A stretch of DNA of 64,000 nt from an uncultured Solirubrobacteraceae bacterium. GTDB lineage: Bacteria; Actinomycetota; Thermoleophilia; Solirubrobacterales; Solirubrobacteraceae. Location: contig CAZABN010000002.1 in assembly GCA_964483345.1 (NCBI GenBank), positions 8,351 through 72,350 of the forward strand. The letters are read 5' to 3'. Below, piece by piece: positions 1 through 9,665 of the stretch (positions within the stretch are counted from its first letter, which is position 1; every line of letters starts with the position of its first letter). The notes under the pieces were generated by a model, which had not been told where the DNA came from, did no database searches, and saw nothing but the letters and a program-made list of their open reading frames with translations. Both the position numbers and the translations under genes were made by a program.

Positions 1-110
1 ATAGACTGCGCGCTGTTGTTACATGCCGGGCGGGCGTGTGATCCCGTCCGGCTTTCCTGTTGTGTCTGGCGGTGCGAACGCTCGTGCAGACGTCATGGTG
101 AGGAGCTGCC

Positions 111-2174
111 TTGAGTAATTTTCTGACGAATCACGGGGTCGTCGTCGCCCTCGTGTGTGCGGCGTGCGCAGTCCTTTACGGAGCGCTCACAGCGCGCGCG
201 TTGCTGGCACTCTCGCCGGGCAACGAGCGGATGCAGAGCATCTCCGCCGCTGTCCAGGCCGGCGCCCGCGCATATCTGAACCGTCAGTACACGACGATCG
301 CCGGCGTCGGCGTCGTGCTGTTCATCGCGCTGATCTTCGTGCAGAACATCGCGGTCGCGGCCGGCTTCGCGGTCGGTGGCCTGCTCTCGGGTTCGACCGG
401 CTACATCGGCATGAACGTGTCGGTCCGCGCGAACGCGCGCGTCGCCGAGGCCGCCCGCGGTGGCGTGCCGCCGGCGCTGAGCGCGGCCTTCCGCGGCGGC
501 GCGGTCACCGGTCTGCTCGTCGTCGGCCTCGCGCTGACCGGCGTTTCGGGCTACTACGGCGTTCTCACCGCGATCTTCCACGACAGCCCCAAGACGGCGA
601 TCGACGCGCTGATCGGCCTCGGCTTCGGCGGTTCGCTGATCTCCGTCTTCGCGCGGCTCGGCGGCGGCATCTTCACCAAGGCGGCCGACGTCGGCGCCGA
701 CCTGGTCGGCAAGGTCGAGGCGGGCATCCCGGAGGACGATCCGCGCAACCCGGCGGTGATCGCCGACAACGTCGGCGACAACGTCGGCGACTGCGCCGGC
801 ATGGCTGCGGACCTGTTCGAGACCTATGCGGTCACCGCCGTCGCGGTGATGCTGCTCGGCGTGCTCACGTTCAACCAGAGCACGCGCGTAGCGCTGTTCC
901 CGCTGCTGCTCGGCGGCGTCGCGATCGTCGCCTCGATCATCGGCACCTTCTTCGTGCGCTCGAGCGTCGGCAACGTCGAGCGCGCGCTCTACAAGGGTCT
1001 GATCGCCTCGGCCGCGATCGCCGCCGCGGCGTTCGCGCCGATCACCTACTGGCTGATGCACAACGTCGCGCTCAAGAGCGGCGGCGGCGCTCCGACCTGG
1101 GTCAAGCTCTACCTCTGCGCGCTCGTCGGCATCGTCGTCACAGCCTGCCTGTTCGTGCTGACCGACTACTACACCTCGACGCGCTTCTCACCCGTCAAGA
1201 AGACCTCGAAGGCCTCGCTGACCGGTCACGCCACGAACATCATCCAGGGCTTCGCCTCCGGCCTGCAGGCGACCGCGCTGCCGGCGATCGTGCTGGTGCT
1301 CGGCATCCTCGTGTCGTGGAAGCTCGCCGGCGGCGGGACGACCGGCATCTACGGCATCGGCGTCGCGGTGATGGGTCAGCTGTCGCTGACCGGCCTGATC
1401 GTGGCGCTCGATGCGTTCGGTCCGATCACGGACAACGCCGGTGGGATCGCCGAGATGGCCGACCTTCCGGAGGAGGTCCGCAACGTCACCGACCCGCTGG
1501 ACGCGGTCGGCAACACCACGAAGGCCGTCACGAAGGGCTATGCGATCGGCTCGGCGGTGCTTGCCGCGGTCGTGCTGTTCGCCGGCTTCAAGGACGAGCT
1601 GGCGGCAAAGGGGCACGTGTACGCCTTCTCGATCTCCCAGCCGCCCGTGCTGATCGGCCTGATCATCGGCGGGATGATGGTGTGCCTGTTCGCGTCGCTG
1701 TCGATCGAGGCCGTCGGACGCGCCGGCGGAGCCGTCGTCGAGGAGGTCCGCCGGCAGTTCCGCGAGAAGCCGGGGATCATGGACGGAACCGAGCAGCCCG
1801 ACTACGCGACCTGCGTCGACATCGTCACGCGCACCGCGCAGCGCGAGATGATCCTGCCGTCGCTGCTGCCGATCGTGCTGACGCTGGTCGTCGGCCTGAT
1901 CGACGTCCAGGCGCTCGGAGGGATGCTGATCGGCGTGATCGTCGTCGGCTTCTTCTTCGCCGTGCTGATGACGGCCGGCGGCGGCGCGTGGGACAACGCC
2001 AAGAAGCTGATCGAGGACGGCGCCTACGGCGGCAAGGGCTCTGACGCCCACGCCGCGTCCGTCACCGGCGACACCGTGGGCGACCCGTTCAAGGACACGG
2101 CCGGACCCGCGATCAACCCGATGATCAAAGTTGCGAACATCGTTGCGATCCTGATCATCCCCCTGATCACATAG
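111..2174 (+). CDS. hppA: Membrane-bound proton-translocating inorganic pyrophosphatase (H+-PPase)
   Basis: 687-aa polytopic ORF with a TTG start a few nt after a GGTGAGGAG Shine-Dalgarno. Carries V-PPase signatures: [25 protein letters not shown] and C-terminal [22 protein letters not shown]. Confidence 0.95.
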   Translation: MSNFLTNHGVVVALVCAACAVLYGALTARALLALSPGNERMQSISAAVQAGARAYLNRQYTTIAGVGVVLFIALIFVQNIAVAAGFAVGGLLSGSTGYIGMNVSVRANARVAEAARGGVPPALSAAFRGGAVTGLLVVGLALTGVSGYYGVLTAIFHDSPKTAIDALIGLGFGGSLISVFARLGGGIFTKAADVGADLVGKVEAGIPEDDPRNPAVIADNVGDNVGDCAGMAADLFETYAVTAVAVMLLGVLTFNQSTRVALFPLLLGGVAIVASIIGTFFVRSSVGNVERALYKGLIASAAIAAAAFAPITYWLMHNVALKSGGGAPTWVKLYLCALVGIVVTACLFVLTDYYTSTRFSPVKKTSKASLTGHATNIIQGFASGLQATALPAIVLVLGILVSWKLAGGGTTGIYGIGVAVMGQLSLTGLIVALDAFGPITDNAGGIAEMADLPEEVRNVTDPLDAVGNTTKAVTKGYAIGSAVLAAVVLFAGFKDELAAKGHVYAFSISQPPVLIGLIIGGMMVCLFASLSIEAVGRAGGAVVEEVRRQFREKPGIMDGTEQPDYATCVDIVTRTAQREMILPSLLPIVLTLVVGLIDVQALGGMLIGVIVVGFFFAVLMTAGGGAWDNAKKLIEDGAYGGKGSDAHAASVTGDTVGDPFKDTAGPAINPMIKVANIVAILIIPLIT

Positions 2175-2179
2175 CGCCG

Positions 2180-2383
2180 ATGAGGGGCCGACGACCGTCG
2201 CCGCAAGGACGAGGGCGCGCCGTGCATGATGGCGCAACGCGGGTCCTGTCGGCGGCGATGATCGTGCTCGGTGTGCTGCTGATCGCGCGCGGCGCGCTGC
2301 TCGCCGTCGTGATCGGTGCGGCGATGATCGCCGCCGGAGCGGGTCGCCTGTGGGTCGTCGCGCAGCAGCGCCCGCGACGATGA
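2180..2383 (+). CDS. Small hydrophobic (about 2-TM) hypothetical protein; start uncertain
   Basis: 67-aa ORF with high GC3 in its hydrophobic half (VLSAAMIVLGVLLIARGALLAVVIGAAMIAAGAG). Its TGA (2381-2383) overlaps the ATG at 2380 of the next gene (ATGA). Confidence 0.4.
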   Translation: MRGRRPSPQGRGRAVHDGATRVLSAAMIVLGVLLIARGALLAVVIGAAMIAAGAGRLWVVAQQRPRR

Positions 2384-4332
2384 GCGTCTCGTGGCGCCCG
2401 GGGACGGGCTCGATCGGCTGGACACGCCTCGGCGTGATCATCTGGACGTCGCTCGCGAGCTCGATCTACTTCTCGCTGGGCATCGTGTCCGGGCACGCGC
2501 TCGGCCTCACGCCACTCGTCTACCTCGGCGCCGGGCTGTTCTTCGCGCTGACCGCGATGACCTACCTCGAGGGCGCCAAGATGCATCCCGACCACGCCGG
2601 CTCGACGGTGTTCGCCCGCTACGCGTTCAACGAACTCGTCAGCTTCGTCGCCGCCGCCGCGGTGCTGCTCGACTACGTGATCCTGATCGCGGTCTGCGCG
2701 CTCACCGCCGCGGACTACCTCGCCACGTTCATCCCGGCGTTCGGCCACGGCGCCCCGCGCGTCGCCCTCGCGCTGGCCGTCGTCGCCTACGTCGCGATCG
2801 TGAACATCCTCGGGTTCTCCTCGTTGCGCCATGCGCGCCGGATCCTCGCGATCGTCGCGCTGGACGTCGTCATCCAACTCGTGGTGATCGTGATCGGGCT
2901 GGTGCTGTTCTTCCATCTGCCGACGATCACCGCTCACATCCATCTGGGCAGTGCGCCGAGCTGGTCGGGTGTGATCTACGCGCTCGCGATCACGACGGTC
3001 GCCTTCATGAGCCTCGAATCGGCGTCTGGACTCTCCGGCGAGCTCGCGGTGAGCCGCACCGGCATTCGCCGCATCACCTGGGGCGCCAGCCTCACGATCC
3101 TCGTCGTCTACGTGGGCATGGCGGTCGTGGCGGTCACGGCCGTGCCGATCCTGGGCGGCCACTCGGCGCTCGCGACGAGCCACCTCGGCGCGCCGGTGAT
3201 CGGAATCGTCGAGCGCTTCCACCCGCGGGCGCTGGCCGACACGCTGAAGTACACGGTGGCAGCGGCAGCCGCCCTGACCCTGATCGCCGCCGCGCGGTCG
3301 GCGATGCTCGGCCTTTCGCGCCTCGCCTTCTCGCTCGCGACCAATCGCCAGATCCCGAGCGCGTTGGGGCGCCTGCATCCGCAGCGCGCGACGCCGTTCG
3401 TGCTGATCGGCCTGGCCGCGATCATCGCGGGCGCGCTCGTGGCCACGGGCGACCTCGACTTCCTCTTCGGGATCTTCGCGTTCGGCGCGATGCTCGCCTT
3501 CACGATCGCGCACCTATCGATCTGCGTGCTCCGCTACCGGGAGCCCGAGCGGCCGCGGCCGTACCGGATGCCGGGGGGGATCCGCGTGCGAGGCGGCGTG
3601 CTGCCGCTGCCGGCGGCGCTCGGCGCGCTGCTCTCGGGCGCCGGCTGGATCACCGTGATCGTGCTGCACTCAGGCGCCCGTTACGTGGGGCTCGCCTGGG
3701 TGCTTGCCGGCATCGTCTTCTTCGTGCTGTACCGCAAGCGTGAGGGCCGAGCGGTTGGCGCGCGCGTCACCGTGCCGGAGGCCGTGCTGCGCGCCCGCGC
3801 GCCCGAGCGTGACTTCGGCTCGATCCTCGTGCCGCTGCTCGGCGGCGAGCTCGACGACGACCTCGTCCAGACCGCGGCGCTGCTCGTCTCCTCGGAGAGC
3901 GCCGACGAGGCGGCGATCGACCGGGCGACGATCGAAGCGATCTGGATCTTCCGTGTCCCGATGTCGCTGCCGCTCGATGCGCCGCTGCCCGAGCCGCAGC
4001 TGAAGGCGGCGCGGGCGGCGCTCGCGCGCGCGAAGCGCGTCGGCGAGGAGTACGGCGGCGTCGAGGTCGCGACCGCCACGGTCCGGGCGCGGCGCTTCGG
4101 CCAGGCGATCATCGACGAGGCGCGCCGGCGTGGCGTCGAGGCGATCGTGCTCGCGGCCGATGAGACGGCCCGCAGCCGCGCCGGATCCCTGCTTGGCGGG
4201 AGAACGCTGGTCGGCGAGAGCACCGTTTCGGAGACGATCCGCTACGTCGTCGACCGTGCTCGCTGCCGCGTGATCCTCACCGCCCCTGCGCGCACGCCCG
4301 CGCCGGTGCGCGCCGGAGCGCCCGACCAGTAG
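2380..4332 (+). CDS. APC-superfamily amino-acid/cation permease with C-terminal universal stress protein (USP) domain
   Basis: About 12-TM N-terminal part typical of APC permeases. The C-terminal 150 aa are USP-like (ILVPLLGGELDDD...EAIVLAAD...VSETIRYVVDRARCRVILT). Start taken at the ATG coupled to the upstream small ORF. Confidence 0.85.
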   Translation: MSVSWRPGTGSIGWTRLGVIIWTSLASSIYFSLGIVSGHALGLTPLVYLGAGLFFALTAMTYLEGAKMHPDHAGSTVFARYAFNELVSFVAAAAVLLDYVILIAVCALTAADYLATFIPAFGHGAPRVALALAVVAYVAIVNILGFSSLRHARRILAIVALDVVIQLVVIVIGLVLFFHLPTITAHIHLGSAPSWSGVIYALAITTVAFMSLESASGLSGELAVSRTGIRRITWGASLTILVVYVGMAVVAVTAVPILGGHSALATSHLGAPVIGIVERFHPRALADTLKYTVAAAAALTLIAAARSAMLGLSRLAFSLATNRQIPSALGRLHPQRATPFVLIGLAAIIAGALVATGDLDFLFGIFAFGAMLAFTIAHLSICVLRYREPERPRPYRMPGGIRVRGGVLPLPAALGALLSGAGWITVIVLHSGARYVGLAWVLAGIVFFVLYRKREGRAVGARVTVPEAVLRARAPERDFGSILVPLLGGELDDDLVQTAALLVSSESADEAAIDRATIEAIWIFRVPMSLPLDAPLPEPQLKAARAALARAKRVGEEYGGVEVATATVRARRFGQAIIDEARRRGVEAIVLAADETARSRAGSLLGGRTLVGESTVSETIRYVVDRARCRVILTAPARTPAPVRAGAPDQ

Positions 4333-4343
4333 CATCAGGCCAG

Positions 4344-4769
4344 ATGTTCGTGTTGATCGTCGGAGCGGGCCGCGTGGGATCCGCCGTCGCCAAGCGTGCC
4401 CTCGCGCAGGGCCACGAGGTGTCCGTCTTGGATGAGGACCCGCTCTCGCACGAGCGGCTCGTCGAGATCGAGGGTCAGACCTGGGAGGACGCCGGCGGCA
4501 TCTTCACGGTCGGCACCGCGCTCGAGGTCGACGCGCTGATCGAGGCGGGCGTCCAGCGGGCCGACGTGTTCATCGCCTCCACCGACGGCGACAACACCAA
4601 CCTGACGGTGGCGCAGATCGTCAAGCGCCGCTTTGGCATCGACAAGGTGCTCTGCCGCGTGATGGACCCGGCGCGCGCAGCCTGGTACGCCGAGCAGGGC
4701 CTGCACACGATCTCGCCCACGCAGCACGCGATCGAGATGTTCGAGCAGGCGCTCGGCGCGGAGCAGTAG
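4344..4769 (+). CDS. TrkA-N (RCK, NAD-binding) domain protein
   Basis: 141 aa with a Rossmann motif at the N-terminus (VLIVGAGRVGSAVA...EVSVLDED). Only the TrkA_N part is present. Confidence 0.85.
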   Translation: MFVLIVGAGRVGSAVAKRALAQGHEVSVLDEDPLSHERLVEIEGQTWEDAGGIFTVGTALEVDALIEAGVQRADVFIASTDGDNTNLTVAQIVKRRFGIDKVLCRVMDPARAAWYAEQGLHTISPTQHAIEMFEQALGAEQ

Positions 4770-4771
4770 CG

Positions 4772-5431
4772 GTGTACGTGATCGTCGTCGGGTCCGGCAA
4801 GGTCGGGCTCAACCTGAGCCGTGAGCTGATCGCGAAGGGACACGAGGTGACGCTGCTGGAGGCGGACCGCCGGCGCTACCTGGTCGTCGAGGAGGAGCTC
4901 GAGCACGCGGTCCAGTACGGCGACGCGACCGAGCTGTGGGTCCTGGAGCGTGCCGGCATCCAGCGCGCCGACCTGGTGGTGGCGGTGACCGGCGACGACG
5001 AGGACAACATGCTGGTCTGCCAGGTGGCGAAGGAGAAGTACCTCTGCGAGCGGGTGATCGCCCGCGTCAACAACCCACGCAACCTGCAGCACTTCAAGCT
5101 GCTCGGGATCCAGCCGGTGGTCTCGGCGACGGACCTGATCCTGCGCCTGATCGAGCACGAGGTGCCCCGCTACGGCCTCGTCCATCTGCTCGCGCTCGAG
5201 GAGGAGAGGCTCGAGATCATCGAACTGGAGGTGCAGGAGGCGGCGCCCGCGGCGTCCAAGCGCGTGGCCGATGTCGCGCTGCCGCAGGGCAGCCTGATCA
5301 TCTCCGTGCTGCGCGACGGGCGCGGCTTCGTGCCGACCGCCGACACGGTCGTCGAAGCCGGTGACCAGGTCCTGCTGGTGCTCGACTCAGGCCTCGAGGA
5401 CCAGATCACGCCGGTGTTCGCACCGGACTGA
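4772..5431 (+). CDS. TrkA-family K+ transport regulatory protein (TrkA_N + TrkA_C)
   Basis: 219 aa with a GTG start 2 nt after the previous stop. VIVVGSGKVGLNLSRELIAKGHEVTLLEAD Rossmann motif plus a C-terminal RCK_C-like segment (EIIELEVQE...LPQGSLIISVLRDGRGFVP...GDQVLLV). Confidence 0.85.
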   Translation: MYVIVVGSGKVGLNLSRELIAKGHEVTLLEADRRRYLVVEEELEHAVQYGDATELWVLERAGIQRADLVVAVTGDDEDNMLVCQVAKEKYLCERVIARVNNPRNLQHFKLLGIQPVVSATDLILRLIEHEVPRYGLVHLLALEEERLEIIELEVQEAAPAASKRVADVALPQGSLIISVLRDGRGFVPTADTVVEAGDQVLLVLDSGLEDQITPVFAPD

Positions 5432-5489
5432 TCGAACAGACGTCGATCTTCGGTATGCGACCACCGGCCTTGCGGTTACGCTCCCGCGG

Positions 5490-5900
5490 ATGAGACGGGC
5501 GTTTGAGGTGCTTGCCTGCGCCGGCGTGCTCGCCTTCGGGCTGTCGGCCAGCGCTTCGGCGGCGGACGTCGTCGGTTCGACGGCGAACCTGCGTGCCGCG
5601 GCGTCGACCGTGATCAGCGCGGAGCTCAACCACGACGGCGCCGCCGCCTGCGGCAAGCTCTACGCGCCGCTCGCGACGACCGTCGACGGCAGGACCTGCG
5701 CGCAGCGCTGGGATGCCCGCAGCGCTCGTCTGCTCGCCAAGCCCGGCGGCGGCGCCGCGCTGCGCGCCGACCTGCGCGCGCTCGCGACCGCGCCCGTCAC
5801 GTTCCACGGCCTCTACGCGACGATCGCACTGCCACACCCGCTGCTCGGCGGCACGACACGCTTCTACTGGACCGCCGCCTGCTGGATGCTGATGAGCTGA
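5490..5900 (+). CDS. Secreted hypothetical protein
   Basis: Internal ATG gives MRRAFEVLACAGVLAFGLSASASA-ADV, a classic signal peptide with an AxA site. High GC3. No recognisable domain. Confidence 0.5.
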   Translation: MRRAFEVLACAGVLAFGLSASASAADVVGSTANLRAAASTVISAELNHDGAAACGKLYAPLATTVDGRTCAQRWDARSARLLAKPGGGAALRADLRALATAPVTFHGLYATIALPHPLLGGTTRFYWTAACWMLMS

Positions 5901-5972
5901 GCCGGTGTGGCGCTCCGTCGAGGCGCCGGCGGTGTGGTTCGCCAGCGGGCAGCGGTGGCGGAGCGGCGTCAA

Positions 5973-6044
5973 CTGCGGGACAGGGACTCGAACCCCAAAT
6001 TTCTGCTCCAGAGGCAGACGTGTTGCCGATTACACCATCCCGCA
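5973..6044 (-). tRNA. tRNA-Gln (anticodon CUG)
   Basis: Reverse complement reads TGCGGGA-TG-GTGT-AATCGGCA-ACAC-G-TCTGC-CTCTGGA-GCAGA-...-TTCGAGT-...-TCCCGCA-G. It has a perfect 7-bp acceptor stem with U1-A72 and G73 (Gln-like), a GTTCGAGTC T-loop and a C-U-CUG-G-A anticodon loop. No encoded CCA. Confidence 0.85.
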
Positions 6045-6125
6045 AAGCGTGGATCTGCGACCATCGCAGCCGTCGACGGTCCGCTTGGCCGCGACCGCTC
6101 GATTATAGATCGCCGGGTTGCCCGC

Positions 6126-6731
6126 TCAGAGCCAGCCCTGGCGCTCGGCGATGCCGATCGCCTCGATCCGGCTCGACGCCCCCAGCTTGCGCATGATCGC
6201 CGAGAGGTGGTTGCGCGTCGTTCCGTGCGAGAGGTGCAGAGCGGCGGCCAGCTCCGCGATCGTTCCCTCCCGCCGCGCGATCGAGAGCACCTCACGCTCA
6301 CGTGCGGTCAGCGGATTCGCTCCCTCCCGCAGCGCCGCGGCGGCCAGCGCTGGATCGACGATGCGCTCGCCGGCGACGGCGCGGCGAATCGCCTCGGCCA
6401 GCTCCGGAGCCGGGGCGTCCTTGAGCAGGAAGCCGGCGGCTCCGCCCTGCATCGCGCGCAGCAGGTAGCCAGGTCGCCCGAACGTGGTCAGGATCATCAC
6501 GCGTACCTCCGGCGCGGCGGCGGAGAGCTGCTCGCAGACCTCGAGGCCGTTCGCGCCCGGCATCTCGATGTCGAGCAGGGCGACATCCGGAGCACAGGCG
6601 TGCACCGCGGCGAGCACCTCGTCGCCGCGGGCGACCTCGGCCACGACGTCGAGATCATCCTCGAGCGCTAGCAGGCTCGCGAGGGCGCCGCGCACCATCG
6701 CCTGGTCCTCGGCGATCAGGACGCGGATCAT
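6126..6731 (-). CDS. NarL/FixJ (LuxR-type HTH) response regulator
   Basis: MIRVLIAEDQAMVRGAL...DVALLDIEMPG receiver domain plus a C-terminal LuxR HTH (LTAREREVL...GTIAELAAALHLSHGTTRNHLSAIMRKLGA). Confidence 0.92.
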   Translation of the reverse strand: MIRVLIAEDQAMVRGALASLLALEDDLDVVAEVARGDEVLAAVHACAPDVALLDIEMPGANGLEVCEQLSAAAPEVRVMILTTFGRPGYLLRAMQGGAAGFLLKDAPAPELAEAIRRAVAGERIVDPALAAAALREGANPLTAREREVLSIARREGTIAELAAALHLSHGTTRNHLSAIMRKLGASSRIEAIGIAERQGWL

Positions 6732-7858
6732 CGGGCGCTGCGCGGCAGCATGACCGCCAACCGGTAGCCGCCCTCGGGGCGCGCGCCGCTCTCCACCGCG
6801 CCGGCAACCGCCGAGGCGCGCTCGCGCAGACCGCGCAGGCCGCTCCCCCCAGCGGCCACGGCGTGGCCGCCGGGGCGGCCGTCGTCGAGTATCTCGAGCG
6901 CGGCAAAGCTCTCGCCGTAGCCGACGCGAATCCAGCAGTTGCGCGAACCGCTGTGGCGGATCACGTTGGTCGTGCCCTCGCGGACCGCCCAGGCGAGGAC
7001 ACCCTCGGTCGCCGGCGCCAGATCCGCGGACGCGGTCTCGATGTGGGCGTCGATGCTCGCCGCCTCGAGCGCGAGCCGCGCCGCCGACAGCGCGGCCTCG
7101 AGCGTCGGCTGGCGGTAGCCGCTGACCGCGTCACGCACCTCGCTCAGCGCCTCACGGGCGACCGTCTCGATGTCCGCGACGTGGGTTTCAGCCTCCTCGG
7201 GCGCGCCGGCCAGCAGGCGCCGTGCGAGCTGGGCCTTCAGCGAGATCACGGAAAGGCTGTGACCGAGCAGATCGTGCAGGTCGCGCGCGAAGCGCTCGCG
7301 CTCCGTCGCCACGGCGAGTTCGGCGAGCTCCGTTCGCGCCCGCGCCAGCTCGATGTTGCGCCCCCGCAGCTGGCCGACGGCGATCACCAGCAAGCCGATC
7401 CCGGCGGAGCCGACCGCGACGCTCAAGACGACGCTCGAGTCCGCTCCCTGGACGGCCGTCACAGCGGCGGCGAGCGCGGCGGTCGCAAGGACGTAGGCGG
7501 TCGCCGCGCGCTCGGGGAGCACGAGCGCTCCCGCGGCGGCGGCGTAGACGAACAGCGAAGCCCAGGCGTCGCTGTCGAGCGTGGTCATCGCGGTGGCCAG
7601 CGAGATCAAGAGGACGCTGACCGCAAGCGCCAGGGGGCGCCGCGCCAAGTGCTCGGGCCGTGCAAGCACCGCGCAGTAGGAGACGACGAAGAGGCCGGCG
7701 CCAACGAAGGCCAGCACGCGGTGTGCGGCGGAGATGTGCGCGTCGGCGAGGTCGAGCGCCGGGAAGGCGAGGAAGGGGAGCCAGATCGAGCCGAGCACCA
7801 GCGGCGAGACGAAGCCCCGGCGCGGTCCATCCGGTGGGTCGCAGCCCGTTTCGCTCAC
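6728..7858 (-). CDS. Sensor histidine kinase, HisKA_3 (DesK/LiaS-like) type
   Basis: Five or so N-terminal TM helices, then ERERFARDLHDLLGHSLSVISLKAQLA (HisKA_3 H-box) and an HATPase_c domain. The GTG start at 7858 overlaps the upstream permease stop (GTGA). The longer 437-aa ORF upstream of that is Arg/Pro junk. Confidence 0.85.
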   Translation of the reverse strand: MSETGCDPPDGPRRGFVSPLVLGSIWLPFLAFPALDLADAHISAAHRVLAFVGAGLFVVSYCAVLARPEHLARRPLALAVSVLLISLATAMTTLDSDAWASLFVYAAAAGALVLPERAATAYVLATAALAAAVTAVQGADSSVVLSVAVGSAGIGLLVIAVGQLRGRNIELARARTELAELAVATERERFARDLHDLLGHSLSVISLKAQLARRLLAGAPEEAETHVADIETVAREALSEVRDAVSGYRQPTLEAALSAARLALEAASIDAHIETASADLAPATEGVLAWAVREGTTNVIRHSGSRNCWIRVGYGESFAALEILDDGRPGGHAVAAGGSGLRGLRERASAVAGAVESGARPEGGYRLAVMLPRSAR

Positions 7859-8655
7859 GCCTCGCCGAGCGGCTGGCGCAGGAAGCGGATCATCAGCACG
7901 ACCCCGACGATCAGCCAGATCCCGAGCACGAGCACGTCGTTGCCCTTGATCCCCGAGCCGGTGGTGGCGGGGTTGAACGCATACTGCAGGGCGTCGGCGA
8001 GGGCGTGGACGGGGAAGACCTCGGCTACGTGGCGCAGCCATGCGGTCTGGGTGTCGGTCACGAACCAGATCCCCGAGATGAACGTCAGAGGGAGGATCGC
8101 GAAGTTGAGCACCGCCGGCGCGGCGTCGGCGTTGCGGATGTAGCGGACGATGCCGATCCCGAGCGTCGTGAAGCAGGCGCTGCCCAGCACGAGCGCGACG
8201 AAGAAGCCCGCGAGCGTCGCGCTGCGAACGTGGACGCTGTAGCCGAGTCTCCCGATCAGCAGCACCAGTGCGGTCATGATCAGCGTCGTGACGCTGGACG
8301 ATGCGATCCGTCCGGCGATGTAGGACCAGCGGGGCAGCGGCGTTCCCTGCATCCGCTTCAGGACCCCCTGGTCGCGCAGGATCGCCGTGCTGACGGCATT
8401 GTTGAAGAACGTCGTCGCGATGATCCCGTAGGCAAGGATGCCGGGCACGAAGAAGTCGTTGTAGGGCAGGCCGGCGCGCGTCGAGATCGTGTTCTTGCCG
8501 AAGATCGACGCGAAGATCACGAGGAACATGATCGGCATCAGGAAGGCGAAGAAGGCGCGGGCGCGATTTCGCCAGAAGGCGCGCTGCTCGTAGAGCGCCT
8601 GCCAGGCGGTCAGCCCGATGTCGCGCCGCAGGCTGGTGGTTTGGACGTCGTTCAT
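7855..8655 (-). CDS. ABC-2 type transporter permease
   Basis: Starts MNDVQTTSLRRDIGLTAWQALYEQRAFWRNR at an ATG overlapping the ATPase stop (ATGA). Six-TM ABC-2 topology. The upstream part of the listed 454-aa ORF is non-coding-like. Confidence 0.85.
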   Translation of the reverse strand: MNDVQTTSLRRDIGLTAWQALYEQRAFWRNRARAFFAFLMPIMFLVIFASIFGKNTISTRAGLPYNDFFVPGILAYGIIATTFFNNAVSTAILRDQGVLKRMQGTPLPRWSYIAGRIASSSVTTLIMTALVLLIGRLGYSVHVRSATLAGFFVALVLGSACFTTLGIGIVRYIRNADAAPAVLNFAILPLTFISGIWFVTDTQTAWLRHVAEVFPVHALADALQYAFNPATTGSGIKGNDVLVLGIWLIVGVVLMIRFLRQPLGEA

Positions 8656-9593
8656 CGCCGTAGCGCCTCGATCTGAGCCCGTTCGTCCGCGACGTGCTCG
8701 CCGGTCAGTTCGAGGTAGACGTCCTCGAGCGTCGGCTGAGTGACGGAGAACTGGGCGAGCTCGAGCTCGTGCTCGAGCGCCCAGGCGGTGATCTCCGCGG
8801 TCGCGCGGACCGGCTGGTGGGTGCGGATCAACACCCGCCGGCCCTCGGCGCGTCGCTCCTGCGCCGGTACCTCGGGAAGCTGATCGAGCGCGCAGCCGTC
8901 GGGCAGCTCGAAGCGGATCTCCGCCGGGCGCGCGTCGCGGCCGCCGAGCTCGTTGGGAGGCCCGATCGCGATAATCTCGCCGGCGCGCATCACGGCGACG
9001 CGGTTGGCCAGCGTCTGCGCCTCGTCCATGAAGTGGGTCGTCAGGAAGATCGTCTTGCCGAGGCCGCAGAGCGCGCGGATCGTGGCCCAGGCCTGGCGGC
9101 GGGCCTGGGGGTCGAAGCCCGTCGTCGGTTCGTCGAGGAAGACCAGGTCGGGGTCGCCGACCAGTGCCAGCGCGAGATCGAGCCGCCGCCGCTGGCCGCC
9201 TGAGAGCTCCGCGGCGCACGTGTCGCGCTTGGCGTCGAGCTCGACGAGCTCGATCAGCTCGTCGGCGCTGCGGGAGTGGCGGTGGTAGCGCCCGTACATC
9301 TCGAGCAGCTCGCCGACCGTCAGGTATTCCTGCACGCCGCAGGACTGCAGCACGATGCCGACCCGCTCACGCAGCTCGCGCGCGCCGGCCGCGGGGTCGA
9401 GGCCCAGCACGCTGGCCTCGCCGGCGCTGCGCGAACGGTAGCCCTCGAGGATCTCGGTGATCGTCGTCTTGCCGGCGCCGTTGGGGCCGAGCAGGCAGAA
9501 GACCTCGCCGACGGCGACCTCGAAGGAGACGCCGCGAACGGCCTCGAGCTGGTCGTAGCGCTTGACAAGCCCGCTGACCTCGATCGCGTTCAT
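8652..9593 (-). CDS. ABC transporter ATP-binding protein (DrrA/ABC-2 associated)
   Basis: Walker A GPNGAGKTT, signature LSGGQRRRLDLA, Walker B LVFLDEPTTGFD. Confidence 0.93.
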   Translation of the reverse strand: MNAIEVSGLVKRYDQLEAVRGVSFEVAVGEVFCLLGPNGAGKTTITEILEGYRSRSAGEASVLGLDPAAGARELRERVGIVLQSCGVQEYLTVGELLEMYGRYHRHSRSADELIELVELDAKRDTCAAELSGGQRRRLDLALALVGDPDLVFLDEPTTGFDPQARRQAWATIRALCGLGKTIFLTTHFMDEAQTLANRVAVMRAGEIIAIGPPNELGGRDARPAEIRFELPDGCALDQLPEVPAQERRAEGRRVLIRTHQPVRATAEITAWALEHELELAQFSVTQPTLEDVYLELTGEHVADERAQIEALRR

Positions 9594-9665
9594 CCTGGCT
9601 CAGACAATAGGGTCGCCGCGGCAGCAGCGGAAGTGGCGAGCGTCCTGATCTCGGCGTGACATCTG

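Noticed and set aside
93-3513. Long ORFs antisense to, or frame-shifted within, hppA and the permease (93..1061-, 155..2044+, 1188..2441-, 2167..3513-).
   Set aside because: Their translations are Arg/Ala/Gly/Pro/Asp-rich low-complexity strings with no motifs. They fully overlap genes with unmistakable family signatures. Such shadow ORFs are expected in very GC-rich DNA because stop codons are rare.
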